Of a stretch of DNA of 64,000 bases, positions 10,033 through 20,658 are shown one piece after another. The notes below the pieces were generated by a model. The model was not told the origin of the DNA and did no database searches. It was given only the letters and a program-made list of their open reading frames with translations. The translations under genes were made by a program, and so were the position numbers. The stretch is from IMG/VR virus record IMGVR_UViG_3300034375_007546. One strand, given 5' to 3'. Each line of letters begins with the position of its first letter. The stretch's first letter is position 1. This DNA is from an uncultured virus (IMG/VR IMGVR_UViG_3300034375_007546) (Duplodnaviria; Heunggongvirae; Uroviricota; Caudoviricetes).

Positions 10033-12291
10033 ATGTCTGAAGTTACAGATCTCACAGCAGCGGTCGAAGCTTTAACCGCCCAACTTAAAAGCGGCGGAAC
10101 CACAGCTGCAACACGAAAAGCAGAAAGAATTGAAGATCTTAAGGAGCGCAATGAACTTCTGGGAAAAGAAAAGAAGCTTATTAAAGAGATAGCTAGAGAT
10201 GAAAAGGAAAGAGTTAAACTTGAAAACGAAAACAAACTTGAGCGACTGAAGAACACCAAAGAGCTTCTCCGATTGGGTATTGACGATGACGAACAGCGAA
10301 AACAGGCTGTTAAGGATGTCGTAAGATTATCCAACGAGACTGAAAAGTATACCAAGACCGTTGACAAATCCACAACTGCACTGAAGAGACAGAAAGAGGC
10401 ATTTAAGGCCGGCGTTGGTGAAGCCGACAACCTGCTTAATCGCTTTCTTAGCCTTTCAGGCGAAGGAGCAGCGTTCTTTAAGATTATCGGTAACGGAACC
10501 ACAAGTTTAGCTGGGTTTGTTACGGGATTAGCTAAAAGCGTATTCACAGGCGACCTACTTGTTAAAAGTTTTCAGAAGTTAATTGGCAACTCTATTAACT
10601 TTGCTTTTGAGCTTGATAGACAGAACGCTCAATTTAAAGCAGCAACTGGTGCTGGTAATGAGTTTTCCGGTGTCATAGATGAGGCTGGAAGCAGATATCT
10701 TACATATGGCATAAATGCCCAAGATGCCGGCAGGGCTACACAAGCTTTATTCGGAAGTTTTAGAGACTTTACCAACCTTTCAGAGTCCGAGCGAGCCAAC
10801 ATAGCTGCAACCACTGCAACATTAGAAAAGTTTGGTGTTTCCTCGGCTCAGACAGGACAAATCTTAGACCAAGCAACAAAGTCCTTATACATGAACTCGC
10901 AAGAAGCTGAGCTTTTAACCAGACAAGCCGCGACGTTGGCCAGAGACATTGGAAAGCCAATATCAGAGGTTGCCGGAGACCTCGCCTCCGCTGCTCCTAA
11001 GCTTGCTTTCTACGGTAAGCAGATGTTCGATGTGTTCGCACAGCTAGAAAGGCAATCAAAGGCTACAGGCTTGTCAGTGGATTCTTTACTTGGGCTGGTC
11101 GGTGAGAAGTTTGATACCTTTGAGGGCGCCGGACAAGCCGTAGGACGCCTTAACGCCATCTTAGGTGGACCTTACCTTAACTCTATTGATATGCTGAATG
11201 CCTCTGAGGCTGATCGTCTTGAGATGATTAAAGAAGCTATTAAGGCTGGCGGTGTACAGTTTGATCAGTTAAACAAGTTTGAACAGAAAGCATTTGCTTC
11301 TGCTATGGGAACTGACGTTGATACACTGCGTAGGTCTCTAAATGAGTTGGATCCAGAAGTTCAATTGCAAGCCATGAGCCAAGAACAGTTGGCAAAGCGC
11401 GCCGGTGATGCCCGAGACATAATGACTAAGCTAACAGATGCAATCAACAGTTTAATTATTAAAAATAAGCCATTGATAGATTCTATTGTAAAGGGTGTAG
11501 ATAAATTCTCGGATCTTGTTTTCCAGATAAACAAAGGTGATAAGTCTATATTTGATTTAGGTAAAACAATTTTTGGTATATTGCCAGGATGGATGAAGTG
11601 GGCTTTTGGAATTGGCTTGGCTGTTAAAGGACTTGGTATGCTTGTCGGCGTCGTGAAGGGATTCCTGGGTCTTAAAGCGGCAATTGCAGCTGCGCAGGCT
11701 TCGGCAACCGCTGGGTTTGCTTCTATGTCCGCTGCCGCCTCGCCATTATTGGCTGTTCTCTTGCCAATCGCAGCTATAATTGCTGGAATAGGCGGTGGCG
11801 CCTACGCAATATCAAAAGCTTCTCAAGCAGCGGCTGCTGGACAAACTGGGAAAGCCGCAGCAATAGGCATGGGCGGTGGCGCTCTTGCCGGCGCTGCTAC
11901 CGGAGCCGCAATTGGATCATTTGTTCCTGTTGTCGGTACCGCGGTCGGCGCGCTTGTCGGAGGCGCCATCGGGCTCGCGACTGGGACAGCTGCAGCCAGC
12001 GGCGCGTTCAACGATGCAACTATGCCAGCGTCGATACAGATGGCTAAGTTTAATAATCAAGATACGTTTGAAAGGGTTGGCAACTCTGTCGTCGCTGCCA
12101 AGCCTGACGGAACTTTGGATAAGGCGATTAGGGAATCTGTTGAAAAGCAGACTGCTGTTCTTGTTGAGGCTATACAGAATGCCATGAACGTTCAGGTTCA
12201 AGTTGGAGATCAGCAATTAGGTGACGTTGTTGTTAAAGCCATGAACTCTACAAGAGGAAGAAATTCAATTTCCCCATTTTACGAGGGATAG
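10033..12291 (+). CDS. Tape measure protein
   Basis: Helical Ala/Lys-rich protein with Gly/Ala-rich hydrophobic C-terminal segments, located after tube and chaperone genes. Confidence 0.8.
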   Translation: MSEVTDLTAAVEALTAQLKSGGTTAATRKAERIEDLKERNELLGKEKKLIKEIARDEKERVKLENENKLERLKNTKELLRLGIDDDEQRKQAVKDVVRLSNETEKYTKTVDKSTTALKRQKEAFKAGVGEADNLLNRFLSLSGEGAAFFKIIGNGTTSLAGFVTGLAKSVFTGDLLVKSFQKLIGNSINFAFELDRQNAQFKAATGAGNEFSGVIDEAGSRYLTYGINAQDAGRATQALFGSFRDFTNLSESERANIAATTATLEKFGVSSAQTGQILDQATKSLYMNSQEAELLTRQAATLARDIGKPISEVAGDLASAAPKLAFYGKQMFDVFAQLERQSKATGLSVDSLLGLVGEKFDTFEGAGQAVGRLNAILGGPYLNSIDMLNASEADRLEMIKEAIKAGGVQFDQLNKFEQKAFASAMGTDVDTLRRSLNELDPEVQLQAMSQEQLAKRAGDARDIMTKLTDAINSLIIKNKPLIDSIVKGVDKFSDLVFQINKGDKSIFDLGKTIFGILPGWMKWAFGIGLAVKGLGMLVGVVKGFLGLKAAIAAAQASATAGFASMSAAASPLLAVLLPIAAIIAGIGGGAYAISKASQAAAAGQTGKAAAIGMGGGALAGAATGAAIGSFVPVVGTAVGALVGGAIGLATGTAAASGAFNDATMPASIQMAKFNNQDTFERVGNSVVAAKPDGTLDKAIRESVEKQTAVLVEAIQNAMNVQVQVGDQQLGDVVVKAMNSTRGRNSISPFYEG

Positions 12292-12303
12292 GAGGTAAAG
12301 TAA

Positions 12304-13146
12304 ATGGCCGATAGAGTAAAACAACCAACATTTTTTAACGATTCAAATTTCTTAATTCATATCACTCATATTCCAACCAACAAGAAGGTTGAGTTTCATT
12401 CGTGGCTTACAGGCTTTACTGATGCTTTTTCCTCTACTTGGCAAGGAACTCCTGTGTATGGTCGAATGGACGATTTATACACTTTTGCCAAAACTGGACG
12501 CGTGATAACCATTTCCTTTGACGTTGTAGCAGCAGACATTAACGAAGCAAGACTTAATCAGGCAAGACTTAATACATTAACTCAGTTCTTGTATCCTGTA
12601 TACTCTAATCCTGTTGCCGGGGGATCCTCTAGAGAAAATAGTCAGGTCCTTCAAGCGGCGCCGCTATTGAAAATGAAGTTTAATTCTCTCGTAAGAAACG
12701 CAGTCGATGGAAGTGAGTTAGTTGGCTTTTTAAATGGTTTTACATATGCCCCCGATGTAAACGCGGGTCAGTTTTTTGCGAATAAAGATAAAGACTTCGC
12801 ATATCAATTGCACAATGTTCAATTAACATTTAACGTGCTCCACACTCACTTAACTGGCTGGGTGCAGGCAGAAGGGGGACAGGGAGCCGATGGTAGAGTT
12901 ACATACTCTTTTGGAAAGGCTGATCATCCTACTCAATCGCGCGAGGGTGCCAGATTAAATGCAAACTATCCTCACGGCGGCGCCGGTGGTTATATCCCTA
13001 AATATCCAAACCCACAAGACCCGCCGCCACAATTAACAAGCCCCGATCTTAATAACGACAATGTTGCCGATGTTTGGCAAACTGGGGTTGGAACAAATCA
13101 GGTCGAGGCTGAAGCCAGCCAGGAAGCAATAACGGATAAAACTTAG
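12304..13146 (+). CDS. Baseplate / tail-tube initiator protein
   Basis: VYGRMDDLYTF..TGRVITISF and PLLKMKF motifs; sits between tape measure and LysM-like genes. Confidence 0.6.
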   Translation: MADRVKQPTFFNDSNFLIHITHIPTNKKVEFHSWLTGFTDAFSSTWQGTPVYGRMDDLYTFAKTGRVITISFDVVAADINEARLNQARLNTLTQFLYPVYSNPVAGGSSRENSQVLQAAPLLKMKFNSLVRNAVDGSELVGFLNGFTYAPDVNAGQFFANKDKDFAYQLHNVQLTFNVLHTHLTGWVQAEGGQGADGRVTYSFGKADHPTQSREGARLNANYPHGGAGGYIPKYPNPQDPPPQLTSPDLNNDNVADVWQTGVGTNQVEAEASQEAITDKT

Positions 13147-13157
13147 GAATTCATATA

Positions 13158-13496
13158 ATGACCAGCAGATACGATAACCGACGAGTTCTTAAAAATGATC
13201 TTGAAGAGTATGAAAATATTCTTGATGATCGAGGAGTTAAACAAATTTTCCAGTATGGAACCAGATTTATGAAATTCCCAACTGTTAATGAGATTAAGAA
13301 CTTGACAAGAGTGCAGCACGTTTGGAGCGTTGGCGATAGATACTACAAGCTTGCTTCAAAGTTTTACGGTAATTCAAAGTACTGGTGGGTCATTGCTCAT
13401 TACAACAAAAAACCTACCGAGGCTGATTTAACCCCTGGCGATATTATTTATGTCCCCACACCATTAGAGAAGATATTGAATTACATTCTGGAATAA
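13158..13496 (+). CDS. Baseplate wedge LysM-like protein (gp53/gpX-like)
   Basis: GDRYYKLASKFYGNSKYWWVIAHYN...GDIIYVP. Confidence 0.85.
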   Translation: MTSRYDNRRVLKNDLEEYENILDDRGVKQIFQYGTRFMKFPTVNEIKNLTRVQHVWSVGDRYYKLASKFYGNSKYWWVIAHYNKKPTEADLTPGDIIYVPTPLEKILNYILE

Positions 13497-13499
13497 GGT

Positions 13500-16400
13500 A
13501 TGACACAGAAGAATTACACCCCAAGAGCAGTTGATTTCATACGTAATAATGAAATCATAGAATACATTTGTCAGTCCTATGTTTATGAATATTTGTCATC
13601 TATTGATGATGGAGATTACGCTGCCTGGGCTAATAAACTTAATACACTTTTGGATCAGTATAAAGACGATCCGGGGTTTGAATTTCTGAAAGCAGACACA
13701 GATGAGGACGGAAATCAGCGATATAAGAGAATCGGCTCCGATAAAGACTCTTATGAAACCTTTAAGCAGTTGCAATTTAGTTTACATGACGGCTTTGGCA
13801 CTGGAAAGCCCGGTACTATCGCAAGAAAGTTTTATAAAAAAGCAAAAGATCTATTTGAAACCGATGAAGGTAAGTCCACGCTTTATGAAATCCTCACTAA
13901 TACAAACGAAGTATTTCTAGATCAAAGCCTTCAGCCACGGGAAGATGTTACGAATGTTGTAGAGGATAATTTAGGTGGTGCTGTAACGCAAAGTATTTTT
14001 GAATTTGGTCCGACCGGTGGGGCAACTTTAAATCTTGAAGGACCCGGAGTATATTTGTTTTTTATGTTTGTGTACCAAACAGCTTGGTTCACGAAAGATA
14101 TGGCTCAGAACGCCCCCACCAAAACAGGAGCAACAGGACTTCCAGCTGATCGGGCTGAGTTGGGCGATAATCCAGCTACAAACATTCTTTGGTTTCCATA
14201 TTTAAGACCATCCCCGCCGCGCTTTAAGATAGAAAAAGAATACCCCCGGGGGACAGCTTACCCGTCAGTTGATGTTCGCCGTGAAATCCCCACTGCTCTT
14301 GTTCCATTGATAGACGGGCGCTTAACAGAAGACTTTGGAGCTGGGAGAGATTACATCTCTAATGGCGGAACAATACAAGTTAAAACTAGAAAAGAGCTAC
14401 AAGATTTTGCTCAACAAAGGGGCGAGGATATTAGTTTTAATGGAATTACTGGCGATGGTTTCCTCCGTAGCCTAGGAGACTTCTTCAGATCAGTTGAAGA
14501 AGAAGTTGCATTAGATCAATTCCTAGCCGACAACATTTTATTCTATAATGGCGGGCCTACATCGCGTGCCCCAAACGGCGGGTTTTTTGAAAGCATCTAT
14601 GCATGGAACTTAGATGTTATAACAACCATCGCGACTTTATATCCTTCAAAAACATGGGCACTCTTAAAGGACGTTCTTAAAGATTTCGTAGAAGAGGTCC
14701 AGCTAAATATACAATCGGCGCAGGCTGTTTTGGGCGCTGAGGAAGAAGAACTTAAAACTCCATTCAAGAAAGTCATTCCTAAACCAAAACCATCAGCCCT
14801 TAAGCCAATTGAACATCAGTGCTACCTTTTAGAAAACATCAGAGCATTATCAGAGTACAAAGATGATCTCACGGTATTTAACGTTAGTAAGTACGAAAAC
14901 ATCGGCACAATATACAACAGTGCGGAAGGAGGCAATTCTCTCCCGGGGAACTTGATTTCGTATATCAATCACGCCAACAAAACGGACGAAGTCAACGCTC
15001 TCCTAAATTTGTGCCCAGAGATATACGCTCTGCTTACACCGCACATCAAGATATATCGTGTTGAATATGAGGGTGAAGACAAGCTTATTCCTACACTGCA
15101 GCAGGAAATACCGTTTCCAAACTTTATAGACCCATCAGATATTCAAGCAATCATGAATAACGACTACGGTAGATTTCCAGGGGCTGGCATCAAATCATTT
15201 TCGTGGAATTTAGATGGGGTCAACCCCGCTGAGGTAGATAACAACATAACCGCCCGTTTGAGTTTGCATTTCCAAACGATTCAAGATTTATTTTCACTCA
15301 ATCAAGGACTCGCTGCTGGGCAAGAAAAGCCAGGATACTTAGATTTAATTATTAAGTCTGCCCGTTCGCAAAGCAACAAAACTCAAGATCAAACACGCGT
15401 TAGTGATAAAAGTGCTGCACTGCCTGTCTCTGCAGAGTGTTTTGAAGCTGCAATGATGGAGTATGATCCAAGAGACTTTGAAATCAAAGCATGCGTAGGA
15501 TGGTCAACCCCAGCGAATTTCTCAAGCATCGTAAATGATCTACAATCATCCAGAGGAAAAGGCGACAGCTACGGAAAAGACCTTGAAGCTGCAATTAATG
15601 CAACAAGAGTTGGGCTGTATTTGACGTTAACGACTCACGAGCTAAACTTTAACGAAAATGGCTCTGTTGACTTAAACATAAATTATCAAGCAAGACTATC
15701 TGGACTTGCAAGATCGCCGGATGCAAACATATTTGGTGGTCCAAGTAAGTTCAAATTTACGCTCAAAGGCATCGACAGTAAACTCAAACAAATAAATCAG
15801 GATATAAGTAGAGAGCTTAACAGGTACGATCAAGAGAATCAGTCTTCTGCTTCAGACGACGAGGTTATTGAAAGTCTTAATAGAGAAAAAGAAGACCTTC
15901 TTGAGCAAAAAATTAAAATTACCAAACAAGACAAAGCAATCAAATACAAAAGATTCTTAAATAACTTGTACCGTGATCAAAAGATATATACATACACAGT
16001 TCCAGCGAGCCAACGCACATTATTAAAAAACATGACACCAGAGCAGAGAGCCCGAGCAGCTAGAAATAGAGTAGGAAGTGTCGAATACGAAGTTGGATAT
16101 AACCCGCAATCTGACTCAGGAGCGGCCGCAGCCATGTATGACTCTGCAGCTAAAAGAATTGATGAGTTGAGCAAAGTAGAGACTAGTGATAAAGACCTAA
16201 CAGATGAAGAAAAAGGTAAGGCAGGCGTCGGTCGTTTAAATCTTGAAAAGTCTGCCAAAAATACAAATACAGATTTAAGGATTCCGTTTTTCTATTTGGG
16301 CGATCTGATCGACTCTGTTTTGGAGTATGTGGGAGGAATAATAGATAAAGATAAAAGCAGAGGAAGTTTTCAATTACTAATGTCACAGATTGAACTGATC

Positions 16401-17366
16401 GACCCACTAGTGGCTTATCAGGTTGAATCAATTAAAGTTGAGTGCCCAAATAATAAGGATGTTGAAATACTAAGAGAACTGTCTAAAGTGGATCCAATGC
16501 GATTTCGTGGTTTAACCGGTATCAAATTTACAACCAATATCGCTAGCATGCCTATTTCACTAGAAGTGTTTCAGGAGTGGTTTATTAACAACATTGTTAA
16601 GCCTCAAGTTGAACAATACAATGTTTTGAGATTCATAAAGACAGTGTGCAGTTCTTTGATTGGAAAAGCTTTTAACTCAATTTGTTTTGATGATCTTAAT
16701 TTCAATTTAAGATTTGATACATCAATATTCAATTTTGATAAAACCTTTACTGGAAAAGTAACAACCGTGCAAGAGCTAGCGTCCTCCAAAAAAGCGGCAG
16801 ATAAAAAAGATTGTGTTGCATTATCTCAAAATCAGAAGCCTACAATACCAACATTTGTTCTTTATTCGGTTGATTCGCGACCATTAACCGGAAATTATGA
16901 TAAAGATTTAAGCACCGGAATTTATCATTACTACCTTGGAGCGGCATGTGGAATTGCAAAAAGCATTAAGTTTAATAGAAACGATTTACCATATTATCGT
17001 GAGTCTCGACTTCAACGAAAAAGTGCCCTCTCGGCGGTTCAGTTAAGAGAACTTTACAATGCAAACATTCAAATGGTCGGCAATAATCTTCACAAAAACG
17101 GACAGTACATTTATGTAAATCCTATTGCGATTGGCGCGGGAAGCATGCAGCAAAAAGGAAGTTTACCAAACCTAGCGCGCTTGCTGGGTATAGGCGGGTA
17201 CTATATGGTGACAAAGGTCTCCCACGATATATCCTCAGCTGGCTTTAATGTGTCAATTGATGCTATCCAAGAAGGAGTTGATTTTTCTGGGACGGGTAAT
17301 TCCGTGACACAACTAGTTCCTTATGATGGGCAAGAAATATTGAACCCTAGATATTCAGGAAATTAA
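13500..17366 (+). CDS. Large baseplate hub-type structural protein
   Basis: 1288 aa. The C-terminal MVGN...GQYIYV...GYYMVTKVSHDI resembles gp27/late-control-D hub ends; synteny agrees. Confidence 0.5.
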   Translation: MTQKNYTPRAVDFIRNNEIIEYICQSYVYEYLSSIDDGDYAAWANKLNTLLDQYKDDPGFEFLKADTDEDGNQRYKRIGSDKDSYETFKQLQFSLHDGFGTGKPGTIARKFYKKAKDLFETDEGKSTLYEILTNTNEVFLDQSLQPREDVTNVVEDNLGGAVTQSIFEFGPTGGATLNLEGPGVYLFFMFVYQTAWFTKDMAQNAPTKTGATGLPADRAELGDNPATNILWFPYLRPSPPRFKIEKEYPRGTAYPSVDVRREIPTALVPLIDGRLTEDFGAGRDYISNGGTIQVKTRKELQDFAQQRGEDISFNGITGDGFLRSLGDFFRSVEEEVALDQFLADNILFYNGGPTSRAPNGGFFESIYAWNLDVITTIATLYPSKTWALLKDVLKDFVEEVQLNIQSAQAVLGAEEEELKTPFKKVIPKPKPSALKPIEHQCYLLENIRALSEYKDDLTVFNVSKYENIGTIYNSAEGGNSLPGNLISYINHANKTDEVNALLNLCPEIYALLTPHIKIYRVEYEGEDKLIPTLQQEIPFPNFIDPSDIQAIMNNDYGRFPGAGIKSFSWNLDGVNPAEVDNNITARLSLHFQTIQDLFSLNQGLAAGQEKPGYLDLIIKSARSQSNKTQDQTRVSDKSAALPVSAECFEAAMMEYDPRDFEIKACVGWSTPANFSSIVNDLQSSRGKGDSYGKDLEAAINATRVGLYLTLTTHELNFNENGSVDLNINYQARLSGLARSPDANIFGGPSKFKFTLKGIDSKLKQINQDISRELNRYDQENQSSASDDEVIESLNREKEDLLEQKIKITKQDKAIKYKRFLNNLYRDQKIYTYTVPASQRTLLKNMTPEQRARAARNRVGSVEYEVGYNPQSDSGAAAAMYDSAAKRIDELSKVETSDKDLTDEEKGKAGVGRLNLEKSAKNTNTDLRIPFFYLGDLIDSVLEYVGGIIDKDKSRGSFQLLMSQIELIDPLVAYQVESIKVECPNNKDVEILRELSKVDPMRFRGLTGIKFTTNIASMPISLEVFQEWFINNIVKPQVEQYNVLRFIKTVCSSLIGKAFNSICFDDLNFNLRFDTSIFNFDKTFTGKVTTVQELASSKKAADKKDCVALSQNQKPTIPTFVLYSVDSRPLTGNYDKDLSTGIYHYYLGAACGIAKSIKFNRNDLPYYRESRLQRKSALSAVQLRELYNANIQMVGNNLHKNGQYIYVNPIAIGAGSMQQKGSLPNLARLLGIGGYYMVTKVSHDISSAGFNVSIDAIQEGVDFSGTGNSVTQLVPYDGQEILNPRYSGN

Positions 17367-17367
17367 T

Positions 17368-18642
17368 ATGACTACAACATACGATTATACCGAGGAAGAA
17401 ATAGCGAATCCGTCAGGCAGGAACTCACAGTCTGCTAGAGCTAAGTTTTTTCAACGTTCTTTGTATAAAGAGGTCATTTATCCTGAAGATATCGCCAAAC
17501 CTCTAGACAGTTGGTACGATAAGAACTTATATGGCAGAATCAATCAAGAGCAGACCAGCATAATCCCTCGCCAATCTAATTTGGTACAAATCGACTATGG
17601 TGTGCAGCCAAATATGTTTTGTTTAAACTTCGTTAACATAGCGTTCTCACGCTTGGTAGAACACATGAAGACAGCTTATGTAACCAACTGTATCGATAGG
17701 GGCGGTAATTCATCCTTGTACAATATGAGAGCCGTAATCAGCTATTCTGATTGGCCCTCTTCATACAATACCCACGCAAGCAAAATAGCAGAAGCTTTTA
17801 TTAACAATTACGTACCTTCCTACGAGTATCCAATTAAGAACTTTATAGATTTTAAACACTTATATGTTAAATATCTTTTAAATATGGTGAAGAGTATGCC
17901 GATAACTTTAACAAGTTACGTTTTATCTCCATTTGCATCAACTTTTGGTAGCGGACTAAAGATAGCTATTGCCCAACAAGACGCAGGGAATGATTCAATC
18001 AAGTATGATGAATTTATTAATGATCCTAACTTCAAGTTTTACGCCCGCGCAGCCAAAAAGTTTGGTTTTCTAGTTGACAAGTATGTTCCTTGGGTATTAA
18101 CATATGATTTATTCACTGATGCATCATTAAAATATATTAATTACTATCTTACTAATGATGGCGAGACCATAACAGAACAAAATTTCTTTGATACATTTTA
18201 TTTTAATGCTAGAGAAGTTGATTTAAATTCTTTAGAAGCTTATATTCGTATAGCATATCAAAAATTTATTGATCAAAGCCCATTTTACGAAGAAATGTGT
18301 GGAGAAAATAGATTAGTAACAAAGCCAAGAGAACAGCTGGGGACTCAAACTCTAACAACCAAAGAATTAATCGATTTATACATTAATTTGAGAAATGCAG
18401 AGGTAAATTATGAAGGACCATCTGTAAAGAAAACAAAAAGACGCGCTTACGAAATATTCAAAATACAATCATCCCCAGAAATGGCAAAATCAATGGTTGT
18501 CAATTATGTCGATGAAACATATAAAAACTTTATTTATCCTAAAAATTATGCCCAATTAAATTCTTCGCTTGACATTACCGAACTGACTGATATAGTAGAC
18601 ACAGTAGCTGAAGTCGCAGTAGCAATTCAGTCTAACTACTAG
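17368..18642 (+). CDS. Hypothetical protein (end of virion module)
   Basis: 424-aa ORF starting one base after the upstream stop. Confidence 0.75.
   Translation: MTTTYDYTEEEIANPSGRNSQSARAKFFQRSLYKEVIYPEDIAKPLDSWYDKNLYGRINQEQTSIIPRQSNLVQIDYGVQPNMFCLNFVNIAFSRLVEHMKTAYVTNCIDRGGNSSLYNMRAVISYSDWPSSYNTHASKIAEAFINNYVPSYEYPIKNFIDFKHLYVKYLLNMVKSMPITLTSYVLSPFASTFGSGLKIAIAQQDAGNDSIKYDEFINDPNFKFYARAAKKFGFLVDKYVPWVLTYDLFTDASLKYINYYLTNDGETITEQNFFDTFYFNAREVDLNSLEAYIRIAYQKFIDQSPFYEEMCGENRLVTKPREQLGTQTLTTKELIDLYINLRNAEVNYEGPSVKKTKRRAYEIFKIQSSPEMAKSMVVNYVDETYKNFIYPKNYAQLNSSLDITELTDIVDTVAEVAVAIQSNY
18569..18596 (+). promoter_or_regulatory. Sigma70-like promoter opening the replication module
   Basis: TTGACA-N16-TATAGT with extended TG. 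Similar promoters near 21389, 24687, 25695, 30941, 43012, 45853, 56122, 57002 and 57894. Confidence 0.65.
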
Positions 18643-18651
18643 GGAGGTAAC

Positions 18652-19839
18652 TTGCTTTTTCAAGTTCTTGACGCCAAGCGCGATTGTGTTGGCTATTTCG
18701 CTGAAAATCAGATAAACTCTACGACGGATCTTCCATCAGAAGGTGGCACTTGGGAATATTCTAGTCATATGGGTGAGGGTAACTACGAAGTAGCACGCAT
18801 CTACGCCAACGGAGCGACGATTACAGACGTTTGTCCGGAGCATATGAAGGCTGACTGGGAGGAAATCAAAAAGACGCTTAGATCGTGTCTGAAAGCCTTC
18901 AAAACCGCTGACCTTTCTTTGGATGATAATTGCTTTTATGACGTGTTGCCCGAGTATTTCTTGTATCGTTACATGAATGCGAAAAATGAGGTCACAAAGC
19001 ACGTTTTGGAGACCTTTGATCGTCCTGAGAATTATCAGCATATGATGAATCTGGTTCAGATGCTCTCGGACATTGAGTCAAGGGACCTAAACATCGATAT
19101 TGAGCCTATCAAGCATCTTTTGTCTTCTGTAAAGGGCAAGAACTTTCATCGCACTCTTCGCACGTCGCGTTGGGTGTGTGATTATAATGCGTGGGGGACG
19201 GTAACTGGTCGACTTTCAACAAAACCTAAGTCTTTTCCGATTTTGACGATGGGTAAGGAGTTTCGAGGGTGCATTAGACCGAACAATGATTGGCTTTTGG
19301 AGCTTGATTTCAATGCAGCAGAGTTGAGAGTGCTCCTGGCGCTGTCAGAGCAAGATCAGCCTCAAAATGACATCCACGATTGGAATGTTCAGAACGTTTT
19401 CAACAATCAATTGACCCGTGAAGACGCAAAGACAAAGACCTTTGCTTGGTTGTATTCTTCCAATGAAAACAAGCAGTTACAGCAGCTTTACAACAAGGAT
19501 TTTGTTCGAAATAAGTTCTGGGATGGCTTCAAAATCAAGACGGATTATGGTAGAATAATGGATAATGTAGACGAGCATCACGCTCTCAACTACATTGTAC
19601 AGAGCACCACGATTGATATGGTGCATGAACAGGCATACAAGGTTTTTAAGCTTTTGGAGGGGATGAAAAGCAATGTCGCGTTCCTTATTCACGACGCAGT
19701 ATACATCGATCTCGCAAACGACGAACGACAGGCAGTTATAAAAATGCTTGACACGTTTAAGAAAACCCGCTATGGTAACTTCAAGGTCAATGTCTCGGCA
19801 GGCAGAAACCTTGGAGAAATGAAGGAATTAAAATTATGA
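18652..19839 (+). CDS. Minimal family A DNA polymerase (polymerase core only)
   Basis: GTVTGRLS, motif A LDFNAAELRVL, motif B REDAKTKTFAWLY, NYIVQST, motif C IHDA; only 395 aa. Confidence 0.85.
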   Translation: MLFQVLDAKRDCVGYFAENQINSTTDLPSEGGTWEYSSHMGEGNYEVARIYANGATITDVCPEHMKADWEEIKKTLRSCLKAFKTADLSLDDNCFYDVLPEYFLYRYMNAKNEVTKHVLETFDRPENYQHMMNLVQMLSDIESRDLNIDIEPIKHLLSSVKGKNFHRTLRTSRWVCDYNAWGTVTGRLSTKPKSFPILTMGKEFRGCIRPNNDWLLELDFNAAELRVLLALSEQDQPQNDIHDWNVQNVFNNQLTREDAKTKTFAWLYSSNENKQLQQLYNKDFVRNKFWDGFKIKTDYGRIMDNVDEHHALNYIVQSTTIDMVHEQAYKVFKLLEGMKSNVAFLIHDAVYIDLANDERQAVIKMLDTFKKTRYGNFKVNVSAGRNLGEMKELKL

Positions 19840-19948
19840 AAAAAATATATCATAAGCTTGTCCGAGATCGAATTCCAGAGATCATCGAAGAAGCCGGCAA
19901 AATGGCACGGCGACCGCTGGGCCCTGCTGCCGGATCCGGGAGGCGACG

Positions 19949-20179
19949 ATGAGTGACGCGCCGATGTACTACCGACCCCGCGCCATCCGCATCGACGTGT
20001 CCGAGTACGGCGAGCAGACCGCCGTTACCGTGACGGAGTGGGAGAACGGCGAGGGGGTCGATGTGGTCCTGGCGCCGCAGAAGGCCGGGCGTGCGGTCGC
20101 CCTGTCCCTGTCGCACCACGAGCTAGACGCGGTGGTTACTGCGGCGCGGCTGATCGGGCTGCGGGATTGGAGCGAGTGA
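19949..20179 (+). CDS. Hypothetical protein in high-GC insert
   Basis: GGAGG RBS and ATGA overlap; VTEWENGEGVDV. Confidence 0.7.
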   Translation: MSDAPMYYRPRAIRIDVSEYGEQTAVTVTEWENGEGVDVVLAPQKAGRAVALSLSHHELDAVVTAARLIGLRDWSE

Positions 20180-20523
20180 TGGACGACGAGACTGCGAAGG
20201 AACTGGGCCTGCGGGCGTTGGCGGCGGGGTTTGAGTGGGCGGGAGGGGCTGTCGATGGTCGGACGCGAGAGCGTTACGAGGACGGCGACGGAGCGTGGGT
20301 TGTCAGCAAGTGGCCCGACTTCCGCGACCCGGCGACCCTGGGCGTGCTGCTCGCGCAGGTTCGCGAGGCTTGGGGCTGCGACTGGCTGACCTGCCAGCCC
20401 CTGCTGACTGAGGGCGGCGTGCATGGCTGGCGAGCTGTGGGCACGTCCGCGCAATCTGACCACACCGAAGCTCACGCCCTCGTCGCCGCGTTGAAGGCTG
20501 CGAAGGGGGTGGGCGATGAGTGA
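20176..20523 (+). CDS. Hypothetical phage protein in high-GC insert
   Basis: GTGA overlap with upstream gene; PDFRDPATLGVLLAQVREAWG and TEAHALVAALKAA. Confidence 0.7.
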   Translation: MMDDETAKELGLRALAAGFEWAGGAVDGRTRERYEDGDGAWVVSKWPDFRDPATLGVLLAQVREAWGCDWLTCQPLLTEGGVHGWRAVGTSAQSDHTEAHALVAALKAAKGVGDE

Positions 20524-20658
20524 CATCATCACGCCGAAGCGTGCGCGGGATCTTAATAGAGAAGGTATCACGGATGCTCAGGTTATGACGGCTGTCACTG
20601 TTAAGCGTATTGAGTGTGGTGGCTTTGACATGGGTTATTTGTTGGAGTGGGTAAAGGA

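Larger units (their letters stand above)
19908..20550. mobile_element. High-GC foreign DNA segment (about 640 bp)
   Basis: Hand counts give 40/60 and 45/60 G+C in lines 19981 and 20041, versus 25/60 in flanking line 19741. Boundaries are approximate. Confidence 0.8.
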
